The translations under genes were made by a program, and so were the position numbers. Below the pieces are notes generated by a model. The model ran no database searches. It was not told the DNA's origin and was given only the letters and a program-made list of their open reading frames with translations. From the IMG/VR virus record IMGVR_UViG_2744054576_000007, positions 1-64,000 of that record: DNA of 64,000 bases. One strand, written 5' to 3'. The number at the start of each line of letters is the position of its first letter. Within the stretch, counting starts at the first letter, position 1. Below, one piece after another: positions 55,911-64,000 of this stretch. Source of the stretch: a virus (lineage: Duplodnaviria; Heunggongvirae; Uroviricota; Caudoviricetes).

Positions 55911-56352
55911 TAAAAATTATATTTTACTACAAAAATGAAAATAGCCGAGCATCCGACCAAAGATAACGGCTATTTTCCGTAATTTCTTACTTAATTAGTG
56001 CTGCGCTATGCCTTGCGGCTTAACTAGCTCTTATTTTACTGCTAATACTTCGATCAGTCAACGAAAGTAGCTGATTCGTTTAAAAGTTGCATGATCAATT
56101 CACTTGCCTTCAACCCTTCCCCAATACCAATTAGATACACAGCCTTTCTAAGTGCTTCTCTTGTCTTCTCGTCCACTATTGCTGCTTCCCCTTACTTGTA
56201 TGTATTTTATCCATTGCACTCATGGAGGATGTGCTTAACGTGTTCTAACACATCCTCTAATTTCTTACCACACTTCTCACAATACATTTTGCAATTTCAC
56301 CTATCTTATTATTAAATCTACACGTCACACTGTCATCCTTAAAAAATCTAAA

Positions 56353-56631
56353 TTAATCTTCTATATACTTTTGTCTTTTTATATATTCAACATGCTTCTT
56401 ATGTTGCTTCTTTTTCTCTTCATCCCAAGGCTCATACTCTAAAATATTTTCAGACATATACAATCTTACTACTAATTTTCCATTTACCATTCTTTCTACT
56501 GCATATTTGTCCTTAACATCACAATATCCCTTTATCCATCCAATACTAGCACCTCTTAACCATATGCGTTGGTTATAACTCCATTTATTTTGTTTAGATT
56601 TTAAGTTATCTATTAATCTATTTGATACCAA
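56353..56631 (-). CDS. hypothetical protein
   Basis: 92-aa basic ORF. Confidence 0.4.
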   Translation of the reverse strand: MVSNRLIDNLKSKQNKWSYNQRIWLRGASIGWIKGYCDVKDKYAVERMVNGKLVVRLYMSENILEYEPWDEEKKKQHKKHVEYIKRQKYIED

Positions 56632-56665
56632 CCCATTTTTCTCCCTTCCGCTTAAGATATAAAGA

Positions 56666-56968
56666 TCAAGAGAGTATTACCAATTGCGTATCATTATGTT
56701 TAAGTTTTTCTTTGAACATGTCTAAGGTTTCTTTGTTTCTACTAATTCGGGTTACGTCGGTCACAATAACAGCGTCAACTTCTGATAGATTATTGATAGC
56801 CAATTTTAAATCCACATCATTTGCAACCAAAACAATGTGAACAAGATTGATACCTTCTGACATTGTATACTGATTTATTTTACTTTTCTGTTCGTCTATG
56901 CCCCATTCAATAGACGATCTTACGATTGCCATAGCCTTCATGATTTTATACTCCTCTACTATTCGCAA
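56666..56968 (-). CDS. serine recombinase (resolvase/invertase) catalytic-domain-only protein; truncated remnant
   Basis: MKAMAIVRSSIEWGIDEQ and DAVIVTDVTRISRNKETLDMF match the resolvase N-terminal catalytic domain. No HTH domain. Only 100 aa. Confidence 0.45.
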   Translation of the reverse strand: MRIVEEYKIMKAMAIVRSSIEWGIDEQKSKINQYTMSEGINLVHIVLVANDVDLKLAINNLSEVDAVIVTDVTRISRNKETLDMFKEKLKHNDTQLVILS

Positions 56969-56999
56969 ATTGGACTAATCAAACTTGCATTTCATAAGA

Positions 57000-57629
57000 C
57001 TATTCCCGCTCCAACATCATTTCTCTGTATTCATCATACATCATGTCTTCGTAGTGTTCAGCCATATCTGATAAATATTCATCATTAGAGTATTCAAACC
57101 TAGCTTTATCTAATAGTTCTTCAATGTTGTCTATATGATGTTCCAAGAAGGTAACAGCCTCCTCGTAGAACCCTTTAAGATTTCTGGTAGTTGTATTTAC
57201 CTCTTCTTCAGATAACTCCAATTCATAGTGCATAAGTTTGTTTCTCGTTTTATTAAAATCATCAATAGCTCCTTTAAGGACATCTGGAATGGCTATGTCA
57301 CAGAGTAACTCAAGTCTTTTAACACTATCCACTAACGAAAGAGTCTTTAGATCATGTCCCACCTCAAAAACGTTTTGTTTGCCTTGCTTGATCATCTGAC
57401 TTTTAGCAGCCATGTATTTTCCTATATCACTAAAAATCAGATATTCTTTTTCATTTTTAAGAATCATCTTAAATAATATTTCAATGGCATGATTCAATGA
57501 TAGAATTGCATCTTTTAGGTTATGTTCAGTTCCCTCGTGTAATCCTACGTCGAGTTTTTCAATACAGGTATATGCTTGCTTTAAAGAATCAATCCCATTC
57601 TCCAGTAAACCGTATTTCATTTTGGGCAC
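57000..57629 (-). CDS. HEPN-domain protein (Rx4-6H motif)
   Basis: All-helical 209-aa protein. Near the C-terminus, TRNKLMH fits the HEPN Rx4H RNase motif. Confidence 0.4.
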   Translation of the reverse strand: MPKMKYGLLENGIDSLKQAYTCIEKLDVGLHEGTEHNLKDAILSLNHAIEILFKMILKNEKEYLIFSDIGKYMAAKSQMIKQGKQNVFEVGHDLKTLSLVDSVKRLELLCDIAIPDVLKGAIDDFNKTRNKLMHYELELSEEEVNTTTRNLKGFYEEAVTFLEHHIDNIEELLDKARFEYSNDEYLSDMAEHYEDMMYDEYREMMLERE

Positions 57630-57654
57630 CTCCCGTTATTATAAAACATGCCTT

Positions 57655-58041
57655 TTACCAGCTACCAGAATACTTGTTCACCGTTATAGGATAATGGTAT
57701 ATCTCAATAGCCTCATCAATAAATCCTCTCCGTTGAGCTGCCAACAAAGTCTCATACATATTCTTTCGTCCCACTGGGTTGTCAGTATGTAAATAGATAT
57801 TATCAGCCCTCAATCCATGCTCACAAAAGTACTTCACCAAGTCATATCCGTTAGGTAGCTCTTTACCATCCACATCTTCGCCTAGATCATGGTCTAACGT
57901 AAGAATGCCGACACTTCTGGTTTCAAGGATATGTATTGCTTCATAGTATGTACGAGCCACCACAAAGCCATCTGGACAGTCTCTGAGGTCGTCAACATAA
58001 AGGTTGACCTTATTTGTCATAGTCGCATCGCCTTCCTTCAA
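57655..58041 (-). CDS. stand-alone CheY-like receiver (REC) domain protein
   Basis: 128 aa. VNLYVDDLRD (acidic pocket), LTLDHDLGE (phospho-acceptor Asp position), LHTDNP (Thr position) and GRKN (Lys position). Confidence 0.45.
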   Translation of the reverse strand: MKEGDATMTNKVNLYVDDLRDCPDGFVVARTYYEAIHILETRSVGILTLDHDLGEDVDGKELPNGYDLVKYFCEHGLRADNIYLHTDNPVGRKNMYETLLAAQRRGFIDEAIEIYHYPITVNKYSGSW

Positions 58042-58051
58042 TACATGCCAT

Positions 58052-58642
58052 TTATTGCTTTTTGATAACTAGGCGATAGGTATTTTTATTTACATGAGGA
58101 GTTAAATCAGCCACATGATTATTCATTAGTTTTTGCACACTAATTAGGTCAGACGCAGTTATATTTTCTTTGTTTTCCAATTCTCTTTTATATATGTCAC
58201 ATGGACCAGCGAAATATTCCTCCTCACCCAATAATAGCAATAGATATTCTTCCTTGGACACTTTGTGTTTTTTTATTGTTCTTCCAGTGTAATTGAAAGA
58301 ATAAAGCTCAATTTGATTTTTGTGATTTAAACCACCGAATGTTAATTGAAGTCTACTCTGAGGATGTAACTTAAAAATGAGGCTTAGTCCAGGATCATCA
58401 TAAAGTTTCTCGAATGTGTCAATCCATTCATCATAATTATTTGATTCAATTTTCACATTTTTAAGTATATAATCTGATACTCCTTTTGTTCCTGTTGATG
58501 CTATAAAAGAAGTATTATTGTTGTACGTATCGTATTTCTTTAAGTCTTCCTGTGCAATTTCGCCAGTAGATCTGTTTGTTAGTCTACCATCAGACATTAT
58601 ACAACATAGTTTTTCGTTTGCTATTATAGATACAAAACTCAC
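58052..58642 (-). CDS. hypothetical protein
   Basis: 196-aa ORF. Confidence 0.4.
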   Translation of the reverse strand: MSFVSIIANEKLCCIMSDGRLTNRSTGEIAQEDLKKYDTYNNNTSFIASTGTKGVSDYILKNVKIESNNYDEWIDTFEKLYDDPGLSLIFKLHPQSRLQLTFGGLNHKNQIELYSFNYTGRTIKKHKVSKEEYLLLLLGEEEYFAGPCDIYKRELENKENITASDLISVQKLMNNHVADLTPHVNKNTYRLVIKKQ

Positions 58643-58709
58643 TTCGAATGCCCCCCTGAAATGCCCATTTTATTGCGTTAATCCTCAATTCCCTGCTACG
58701 CCAGAATGA

Positions 58710-58937
58710 TTAATCAAAAGGATTCTTCGGCACCTTCACTTCACCTTTTTCGCCATTCCAACCTAGAGTAAAAACAGTGTTTTGGTGACGTTCCACGGGA
58801 TGTCCGTAGTCGGTCGTATGGATATTAAGTAAAACCCAACCTTCACTGATATACTCATTGGCCTTTTCTACAGATTGTGTCTCAAACAAGGAAATGATTT
58901 TTTCCAAGTCTCTATTATCTTTCTCCACATCTAACAC
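58710..58937 (-). CDS. hypothetical protein
   Basis: 75-aa ORF. Confidence 0.35.
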   Translation of the reverse strand: MLDVEKDNRDLEKIISLFETQSVEKANEYISEGWVLLNIHTTDYGHPVERHQNTVFTLGWNGEKGEVKVPKNPFD

Positions 58938-59011
58938 TCCATTTCAAATTAGTATAGTAAAACAGTCATTTTATCATTCATCGTACGGTTCATAATTTCA
59001 CCACGTGTTTT

Positions 59012-59299
59012 TTATTTTGCAGCTATTTTCCTTAGTAACTCCTTGTAATTTTCCATCATTGGTTTTTCACTTGAGTCACAATAATTCTCAAAGAATTCAC
59101 TTTTCTCAAACCTATTGATCATATATTCTATTGAATATAGTTGATAAACACTCTCGACAATTTCGCCCTCACATACAAACTCTATCGAATCGCCCCCATA
59201 TGTATTCAGATATTCGATTGCATTTTTAACTTCATCGTTATATTTTTCAACTTGATACACTTCCGTAATGTTATCGAATGCCACTAAGACTGTATACAC
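59012..59299 (-). CDS. hypothetical protein
   Basis: 95-aa ORF. Confidence 0.4.
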   Translation of the reverse strand: MYTVLVAFDNITEVYQVEKYNDEVKNAIEYLNTYGGDSIEFVCEGEIVESVYQLYSIEYMINRFEKSEFFENYCDSSEKPMMENYKELLRKIAAK

Positions 59300-59313
59300 A
59301 ATTTCCCTCCCTT

Positions 59314-59502
59314 TTAAGCTTCATTGACAATAGATTTTCCTTTCTCAGTTAGGCGCAATACTTCTTCAAATTCAATTAATCCAAGAGCCTTCAGCCCTTC
59401 AATTATTTTATCACCGTAGATGCTTTGAAGAGATTGGTTCTTCATTGTTTCTGGCTGGTTTAATTTAATTAGTAATTCAATTTGTTCATTTATCAGATCC
59501 AT
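59314..59502 (-). CDS. hypothetical small protein
   Basis: 62-aa ORF. Confidence 0.35.
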   Translation of the reverse strand: MDLINEQIELLIKLNQPETMKNQSLQSIYGDKIIEGLKALGLIEFEEVLRLTEKGKSIVNEA

Positions 59503-59539
59503 AGGGCTTATTTCCTCCTTATAGTTTTAATTCAAATAG

Positions 59540-59845
59540 TTATTTGATAGAATCTTGTCTTGCGTTGATAATACGATGGATCTCAGTTAAAACCATAGCG
59601 TTCTTGGAGTCTTTAGATGTCTTTTCAAGCAATGTGTCCAAATATTCAGTCGGCAGATCTGATAAAGTTACGATCTCATGTGACTTGCTGATTAATACGT
59701 ACCTTTCATTCTGTTGTAGTAACAAATCTATTTCTTCAAGTTCAGTCATCGTCATGGCATACTTTATTGTAGTTTCTTTATCGCAAATATCATTTATTAC
59801 ATATCTTTCTAAACTAAAAGTCATCTCCGACACATCGTTCACCAC
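59540..59845 (-). CDS. hypothetical protein
   Basis: 101-aa ORF. Confidence 0.4.
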   Translation of the reverse strand: MVNDVSEMTFSLERYVINDICDKETTIKYAMTMTELEEIDLLLQQNERYVLISKSHEIVTLSDLPTEYLDTLLEKTSKDSKNAMVLTEIHRIINARQDSIK

Positions 59846-59870
59846 TTTTCTTTATAAAATAAACCTTTTA

Positions 59871-60083
59871 CTACAACATAATGTATTGATTGCCATCATC
59901 CATAAATGCCACCAACAATGACTTCCTTTTAATTGTCCTAGCTTTAAAGGCGACAATGCGTGAAACATCTACGCGGACGACACTTAAGGACACCTCATTA
60001 CGGGGCATGATGTTAGCTTCAATCCGGTGGAGACCCAATTCCCGGAAGGCCAGATCGGCCACACAACGCACGGCTTCCGTCAT
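59871..60083 (-). pseudogene. GNAT (RimJ/RimL-like) acetyltransferase remnant, 5'-truncated and degraded at the 3' end
   Basis: AVRCVADLAFRELGLHRIEANIMPRNEVS matches the GNAT C-terminal region (LGLHRIEA..PxN). No N-terminal half is present. Local GC is far above the window average. Confidence 0.5.
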
Positions 60084-60230
60084 ATACCCCTGATTAACAT
60101 ATATAGAGATTCCTCTATAATATTATAATAAACCGAGGATAACATGTTTAGAGAAAAAGTAACTTCAGAGAGATTAATTCTGCGCAGAGTCCAAAACAAA
60201 ATTAAAGCGGTCTTATATGCTTAAGTATCA

Positions 60231-60689
60231 TCATATAGCAAGAAAGTAATGGTAATACACAGAATCTCGGACATAACCATTTCGTTCGTACAGCGACTGG
60301 GCTGTTTGATTCTCCACACCGGTGGATAACTGAATTCCTTTGGCACGTACCAGCTTGGCATACTGCTTGGCTTCGTCCATCAACAACTGCCCTACCCCGT
60401 TACGACGGTACTGCGGGGCGACATACAGATCATTGAGCAGCAGCAGCCGCTGCATGGAAATGGATGAGAAGAGCGGATACAGCTGTGTAAAACCAGCCGA
60501 TCTACCCGAAGCTGCTTCCTTCGCATAGAGTATCACGGACTCCTGGTGCTCGAACCGTTCGAACAGAAAGTCCCGCGCGCCTTGCAAGTCTGAAGCCTGC
60601 CCATAAAACACCCTGTATTCATTAAATAATTCCGCTACTAAATCCAAATCCCTAATCGTAGCCTGACACACAATTATAGAGTTATCCAT
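60231..60689 (-). CDS. GNAT-family N-acetyltransferase (complete)
   Basis: 152 aa. Acetyl-CoA motif A region LYVAPQYRRNGVGQLL (Q/RxxGxG/A). About 50% GC versus ~33% for the window. Confidence 0.7.
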   Translation of the reverse strand: MDNSIIVCQATIRDLDLVAELFNEYRVFYGQASDLQGARDFLFERFEHQESVILYAKEAASGRSAGFTQLYPLFSSISMQRLLLLNDLYVAPQYRRNGVGQLLMDEAKQYAKLVRAKGIQLSTGVENQTAQSLYERNGYVRDSVYYHYFLAI

Positions 60690-60767
60690 GCTGCTTATAC
60701 TCTCCTTTTATTCGCCGGTTGAAATTTTTGTAAGGCACATAATTACAAACACAAACATTTACGTATA

Positions 60768-60918
60768 CATTTCCATATGAATATAGTCATCCCATTTTCC
60801 GTTGATGCAGAGATACTTCCGGGCCAATCCTTCAGGTTCGAAGCCGCACTCATCTACTTCCATTTCCTTTTTAGTTGCTTCGTCGTATACGAATATCTTC
60901 TTTTTATCCTGACTCATT
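60768..60918 (-). pseudogene. second GNAT C-terminal fragment (RimJ-like tail)
   Basis: Sub-threshold ORF ...ECGFEPEGLARKYLCINGKWDDYIHMEMYT matches the GNAT C-terminus (GF..EG..R.....NG.W.D). Lies downstream of the 60993-61021 promoter. Confidence 0.4.
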
Positions 60919-60992
60919 CTTGTGCAATATTCTTCAAACTCTACGATACTATGTTACTAGTTTCTTTACAATGTTTGCCTATCGATAAATAA

Positions 60993-61021
60993 ATCATAAC
61001 ATATTTTCATATTATATTCAA
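60993..61021 (-). promoter_or_regulatory. sigma-A-type promoter reading into the GNAT remnant region
   Basis: On the minus strand: -35 TTGAAT (61016-61021), 17-nt spacer, -10 TATGAT (60993-60998). Confidence 0.45.
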
Positions 61022-61645
61022 TATATTTCATTATTTTTGTTTATTAAAATGACCACTTACCATTATCTTTATTATGTATGTTTCAATATTCTATGTTGTT
61101 CATATTGTTTCGCTGCTTCATGTAATTCAATCCACTTGCCCTGATTATTTCTAACATACAGCTTATTATCTTTTAATGCCCCAGCTTTAAACATAATGAT
61201 ACTCACTCCCCGTTAAAGAACTATAGATGTTCACATTAGCAGAAAAACCACTCCAGTGATAGAAACGATCAATCAACACAAAACTCATTGCTTCTTTGGA
61301 ACGTCCAGCGGTTTCGATTTCTTCTTTTACTTTTCCATCTACAACAATCATGTATGTATCCATCTCAAATTCTCCTTTTATTATATTTTTAATCGTTAGA
61401 CAGAGGTACTACTTGTTCTGTTACTTCTGTAATATCTTCAGCATCATGCCAACTTTCAAACTTGACAGCTAGATCAACGTCATGCGTATATAGTTGACCG
61501 CGCTGTTCTTCCCAATCTGCTCTAAGGTATTTCTTCGTTTCTGTATTGATTACTGTAAACACATTTATTCCTCCGTTGTTATGTGAATTATTGTTATTAA
61601 AAGACTTATTTTATCTGTAACATTCTATTGCTGATGACACTAACT

Positions 61646-62062
61646 CTAAACAAGCTTTTCAAAGTCATAAATAAATGACTCCATTTTTTTCTTATTGAAT
61701 TGATAAAGTTTCTGCCCATTTAATGCTGGTCTATCTATACTAATTGTGTTTTTTCGAATACGAAGATAGCCATTAGTGTCAAGTTCTTTGTCATAATATT
61801 CGTAATAGTCTGATCCTAAACTGTCAGCTCCCTTGGGAGATAGATTATTCCAAGCTTCATTCGCAATCATATTAATGTAGTTATATAACTCTACGAAATC
61901 CTTAAGTTCAAACTTATATGTAACATTATATTTATTATTTATTTGGTTTTGATTCATTTCAAAAACCACTGCTGATTTTCTATGTTTAACAATTAACTCA
62001 ATTCCATTAGAACATGTAAAAACCTTAATCTTCATTTTCTTCATCCTCCTTTTTGATTGCAT
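61646..62062 (-). CDS. hypothetical protein
   Basis: 138-aa ORF. Confidence 0.4.
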   Translation of the reverse strand: MQSKRRMKKMKIKVFTCSNGIELIVKHRKSAVVFEMNQNQINNKYNVTYKFELKDFVELYNYINMIANEAWNNLSPKGADSLGSDYYEYYDKELDTNGYLRIRKNTISIDRPALNGQKLYQFNKKKMESFIYDFEKLV

Positions 62063-62070
62063 TCCAATAT

Positions 62071-62100
62071 TTGCATATCACATAAATCGAGTGGTATAAT
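62071..62100 (+). promoter_or_regulatory. sigma-A-type promoter for the plus-strand membrane-protein gene
   Basis: -35 TTGCAT (62071-62076), 18-nt spacer, -10 TATAAT (62095-62100) preceded by TGG. Confidence 0.5.
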
Positions 62101-62142
62101 TTAAATAATCTAAGTTTATTTACATTGCAAAGGAGAGCATAC

Positions 62143-62397
62143 ATGGTAAAACACATAAACAATTTGGGTCAAGGTCTAACTACATTATCTTTACTTTATC
62201 TCGCTTATGCCTTCATCATCAAACACGCAGTCAAAAACACTCCAGATACACATGAGTTTATGGGGGCTCAGATTAGCAATGCGTTTAATAAAAACTTTAT
62301 TGAATCTACATACCATTATACTGTCTCTATACCATTTGGTTTTATTTCCCTTGCGATTGGGATAATAATTGTTATTGCTATAAAATACTTTGATTAA
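62143..62397 (+). CDS. small membrane protein (84 aa, 2 TM) with its own promoter and terminator
   Basis: ATG at 62143 preceded by AAAGGAGAG. The track start at 62125 is TTG. A terminator follows at 62399-62427. Confidence 0.5.
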   Translation: MVKHINNLGQGLTTLSLLYLAYAFIIKHAVKNTPDTHEFMGAQISNAFNKNFIESTYHYTVSIPFGFISLAIGIIIVIAIKYFD

Positions 62398-62398
62398 G

Positions 62399-62427
62399 TT
62401 GCGGCTTATGTCGCATCTTTTTTTATG
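62399..62427 (+). terminator. rho-independent terminator
   Basis: TGCGGC-ttat-GTCGCA hairpin followed by TCTTTTTTTAT. Confidence 0.55.
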
Positions 62428-62434
62428 AAATACT

Positions 62435-62668
62435 TCATTTATCAAAATTATCAATCATTGACCTTATTGTTTCCAACTGCTTCGCTTGATCTTCATTCAC
62501 TTTTAATTGATACTCAAATGCACTTTTGTACTCTTTAATTTCTTTAAGGCTCCTTCTCACCAGTTCACGCAAATTTGGCTTGTTGTACTTTTCCTCTAAC
62601 AATTTTTCATCTAATTTCTCTGGACTTAACAGCACCAGCTCTTTTATGTCATCAATAATTTTATTCAT
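62435..62668 (-). CDS. hypothetical protein
   Basis: 77-aa helical ORF. Confidence 0.4.
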   Translation of the reverse strand: MNKIIDDIKELVLLSPEKLDEKLLEEKYNKPNLRELVRRSLKEIKEYKSAFEYQLKVNEDQAKQLETIRSMIDNFDK

Positions 62669-62707
62669 TGGTGTTTCTCTCCTCTGTATCTTAATAAATG
62701 AATCCTT

Positions 62708-63139
62708 TTATACAGATTCACTATTTAGTTTCATGTCCATTCTTAACATATTGAAAATTGCCGAATCGAATCTTTCATTATTGTACTTACGGCAGAAACC
62801 AAGTAACAAAGCCTCATCAAACGTCATTCTTGATTCATTGTGAAATTTACCGTTAACTACGGGATAGAACGTTGTTTCCTTTGTTTTGTTTAGTCTTACT
62901 TCTGCTTCTACAATGGCTAGATCATCACAAATGATTGTTGTTTTAACTACTCTTCGATAATCTTGTTCAACTAGCTTTTCAATTACTTCTTCTTTCTCTC
63001 TCTGTTCCAGCCAAGAGTTAGCCATTCCATAAATTCGAGCCAATTGAAAGTTCCCTGTCTCTTTTTTTGACAACTCAGAAAAGAATTTCGGTATTTCTTT
63101 GAATTCTAGATCCTTTAACATAAATCCGACGCTCCCCAT
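62708..63139 (-). CDS. hypothetical protein
   Basis: 143-aa ORF. Confidence 0.4.
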   Translation of the reverse strand: MGSVGFMLKDLEFKEIPKFFSELSKKETGNFQLARIYGMANSWLEQREKEEVIEKLVEQDYRRVVKTTIICDDLAIVEAEVRLNKTKETTFYPVVNGKFHNESRMTFDEALLLGFCRKYNNERFDSAIFNMLRMDMKLNSESV

Positions 63140-63366
63140 AAAATAATCTTTTTATTTACTTCCACCAATCTTTTCCGTACTCTTTTTCTAAATGATCACC
63201 AAATTTAATGTACATGCCCTCTAGCTCTTGAAATGTACTCTCATCTCTTGATTCCGGTTTGCTTTTTAATTCATGATATCTTTCGCTCAAAAGATTGTAG
63301 ATTATCACTTTTTCCCTAAAAATTAGTTCCATACTGCGATCTCTCCTTATAAAAATATAGTTTTAT

Positions 63367-63705
63367 CTACTCACTGATAATTTCATTGATTCGTCTAAGT
63401 TGATCAAGCGTAAGATCTAACTTGCCGAAAGTATCAAATTTGGATTTGATGTCCTTTTCTAACTTTTCAAATTCTTGTTCATCTAAGATTTCCTGTATGG
63501 AAAAATATAGTTTCCAATCAGCACTATAGCCACCATTTTCCTGTCTATAACTTTCGATATTAAACTTGATTGGCTTGGTACCGAGTTGGACTTCAAAATA
63601 CTTACGTCCAATTCTCGTAATTTCGCTCTCCTTAATCAGTGGCTCCTTTCTTCCTCTTGCCATATTTCCAACAGCTTTTAAATATACTTTATCTCCTATG
63701 TTCAC
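63367..63705 (-). CDS. hypothetical protein
   Basis: 112-aa ORF. Confidence 0.4.
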   Translation of the reverse strand: MNIGDKVYLKAVGNMARGRKEPLIKESEITRIGRKYFEVQLGTKPIKFNIESYRQENGGYSADWKLYFSIQEILDEQEFEKLEKDIKSKFDTFGKLDLTLDQLRRINEIISE

Positions 63706-64000
63706 TCTTTCATCCTCTTTCTTCTATGTTTTGTTACACGGTTAGTTTTAAACTAATGTTCATGACAACCATTGCACCTTCGTTTTCGCGCAATGCAGTA
63801 AATTTAATCATTTCTATTTTATCATCGAATGAATACATATTCGCCTCTAATTTACCCAGCACCTTCTCAAACACGGTCACCTTGTACATGCTTATCACCT
63901 CATGTCTCTCTATGTCTTCATTATATATTATTTAATTATTTTTGTATATAGATTTTGTGTATTTCATTATATTTAATTGTTTAACAAAAAAGACCGCCTC

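Noticed and set aside
56190-56300. 26-aa CxxC mini-ORF (MYCEKCGKKLEDVLEHVKHILHECNG) with a GGTGA ribosome-binding site.
   Set aside because: Very short, and its coding sequence coincides with a 9-bp inverted repeat. More likely part of a decayed gene or an RNA structure. Discussed only within the 55976-56352 finding.
1-64000. Searched for CRISPR arrays, rRNA genes, additional tRNAs, and phage structural or packaging genes (terminase, portal, capsid, tail).
   Set aside because: No regularly spaced direct repeats, no rRNA-like conserved segments, and only one tRNA cloverleaf were found. None of the larger proteins shows terminase, portal or capsid motifs. Whether the window is a free phage genome or an integrated prophage cannot be decided from this window alone.

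Overview
The window is a gene-dense, AT-rich (~33% GC) stretch of what looks like a large temperate Firmicutes (Bacillus-like) phage or prophage. About 120 short genes run almost entirely on the minus strand. There are no capsid, tail or terminase genes, so this is an early, accessory and replication region. It is punctuated by strong sigma-A-type promoters and rho-independent terminators, and many stop/start overlaps of the ATGA type suggest translational coupling. No CRISPR array or rRNA was seen.

Recognisable content, from left to right:
- a 7-deazaguanine DNA-modification pair at the left edge: a YhhQ-family preQ0/preQ1 transporter and the DpdA DNA-guanine transglycosylase;
- an SPFH/Band-7 protein with a small membrane partner;
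- two DNA amino-methyltransferases (beta-class DPPY and Dam-like) flanking an opposite-strand wHTH protein that may be a restriction endonuclease;
- a replication module: DHH/RecJ-like phosphoesterase, Toprim primase, P-loop helicase and ATP-dependent DNA ligase;
- two paralogous class-II (CCA-adding-like) nucleotidyltransferases;
- several XRE-type regulators, a ParB-like protein, a CPBP membrane protease, a SpoT/RelA-type HD hydrolase, a YoqJ/YpsA SLOG protein, an HNH-AP2 homing endonuclease and a eukaryotic-like Ser/Thr kinase;
- a Gp157-family protein, a guanylate-kinase-like protein, a secreted 3D-domain protein, an AAA_24/Sak4-like ATPase and an SSB-like protein with four C-terminal DDPF motifs;
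- tRNA-Met (CAT);
- a compact agr-like peptide quorum-sensing cassette (AgrB-like, AgrD-like 39-aa propeptide, polytopic membrane protein, LytTR-only regulator);
- a divergent integrase-like protein and a DUF262/ParB-like (GmrS/DndB-type) protein;
- an EndoA/MazF toxin with no adjacent antitoxin, an RsfA-like sporulation regulator, and an island carrying a HEPN protein, a stand-alone receiver domain and a resolvase fragment;
- a short, higher-GC patch with one complete GNAT gene and GNAT gene remnants.

Three GAAC-N4-GTTC (Cheo/LexA-type) boxes sit precisely on three minus-strand promoters, which argues the element is wired into the host SOS response. The agr-like cassette, the SOS wiring, the orphan MazF, the RsfA/receiver pair and the DpdA/YhhQ pair are the most notable items.
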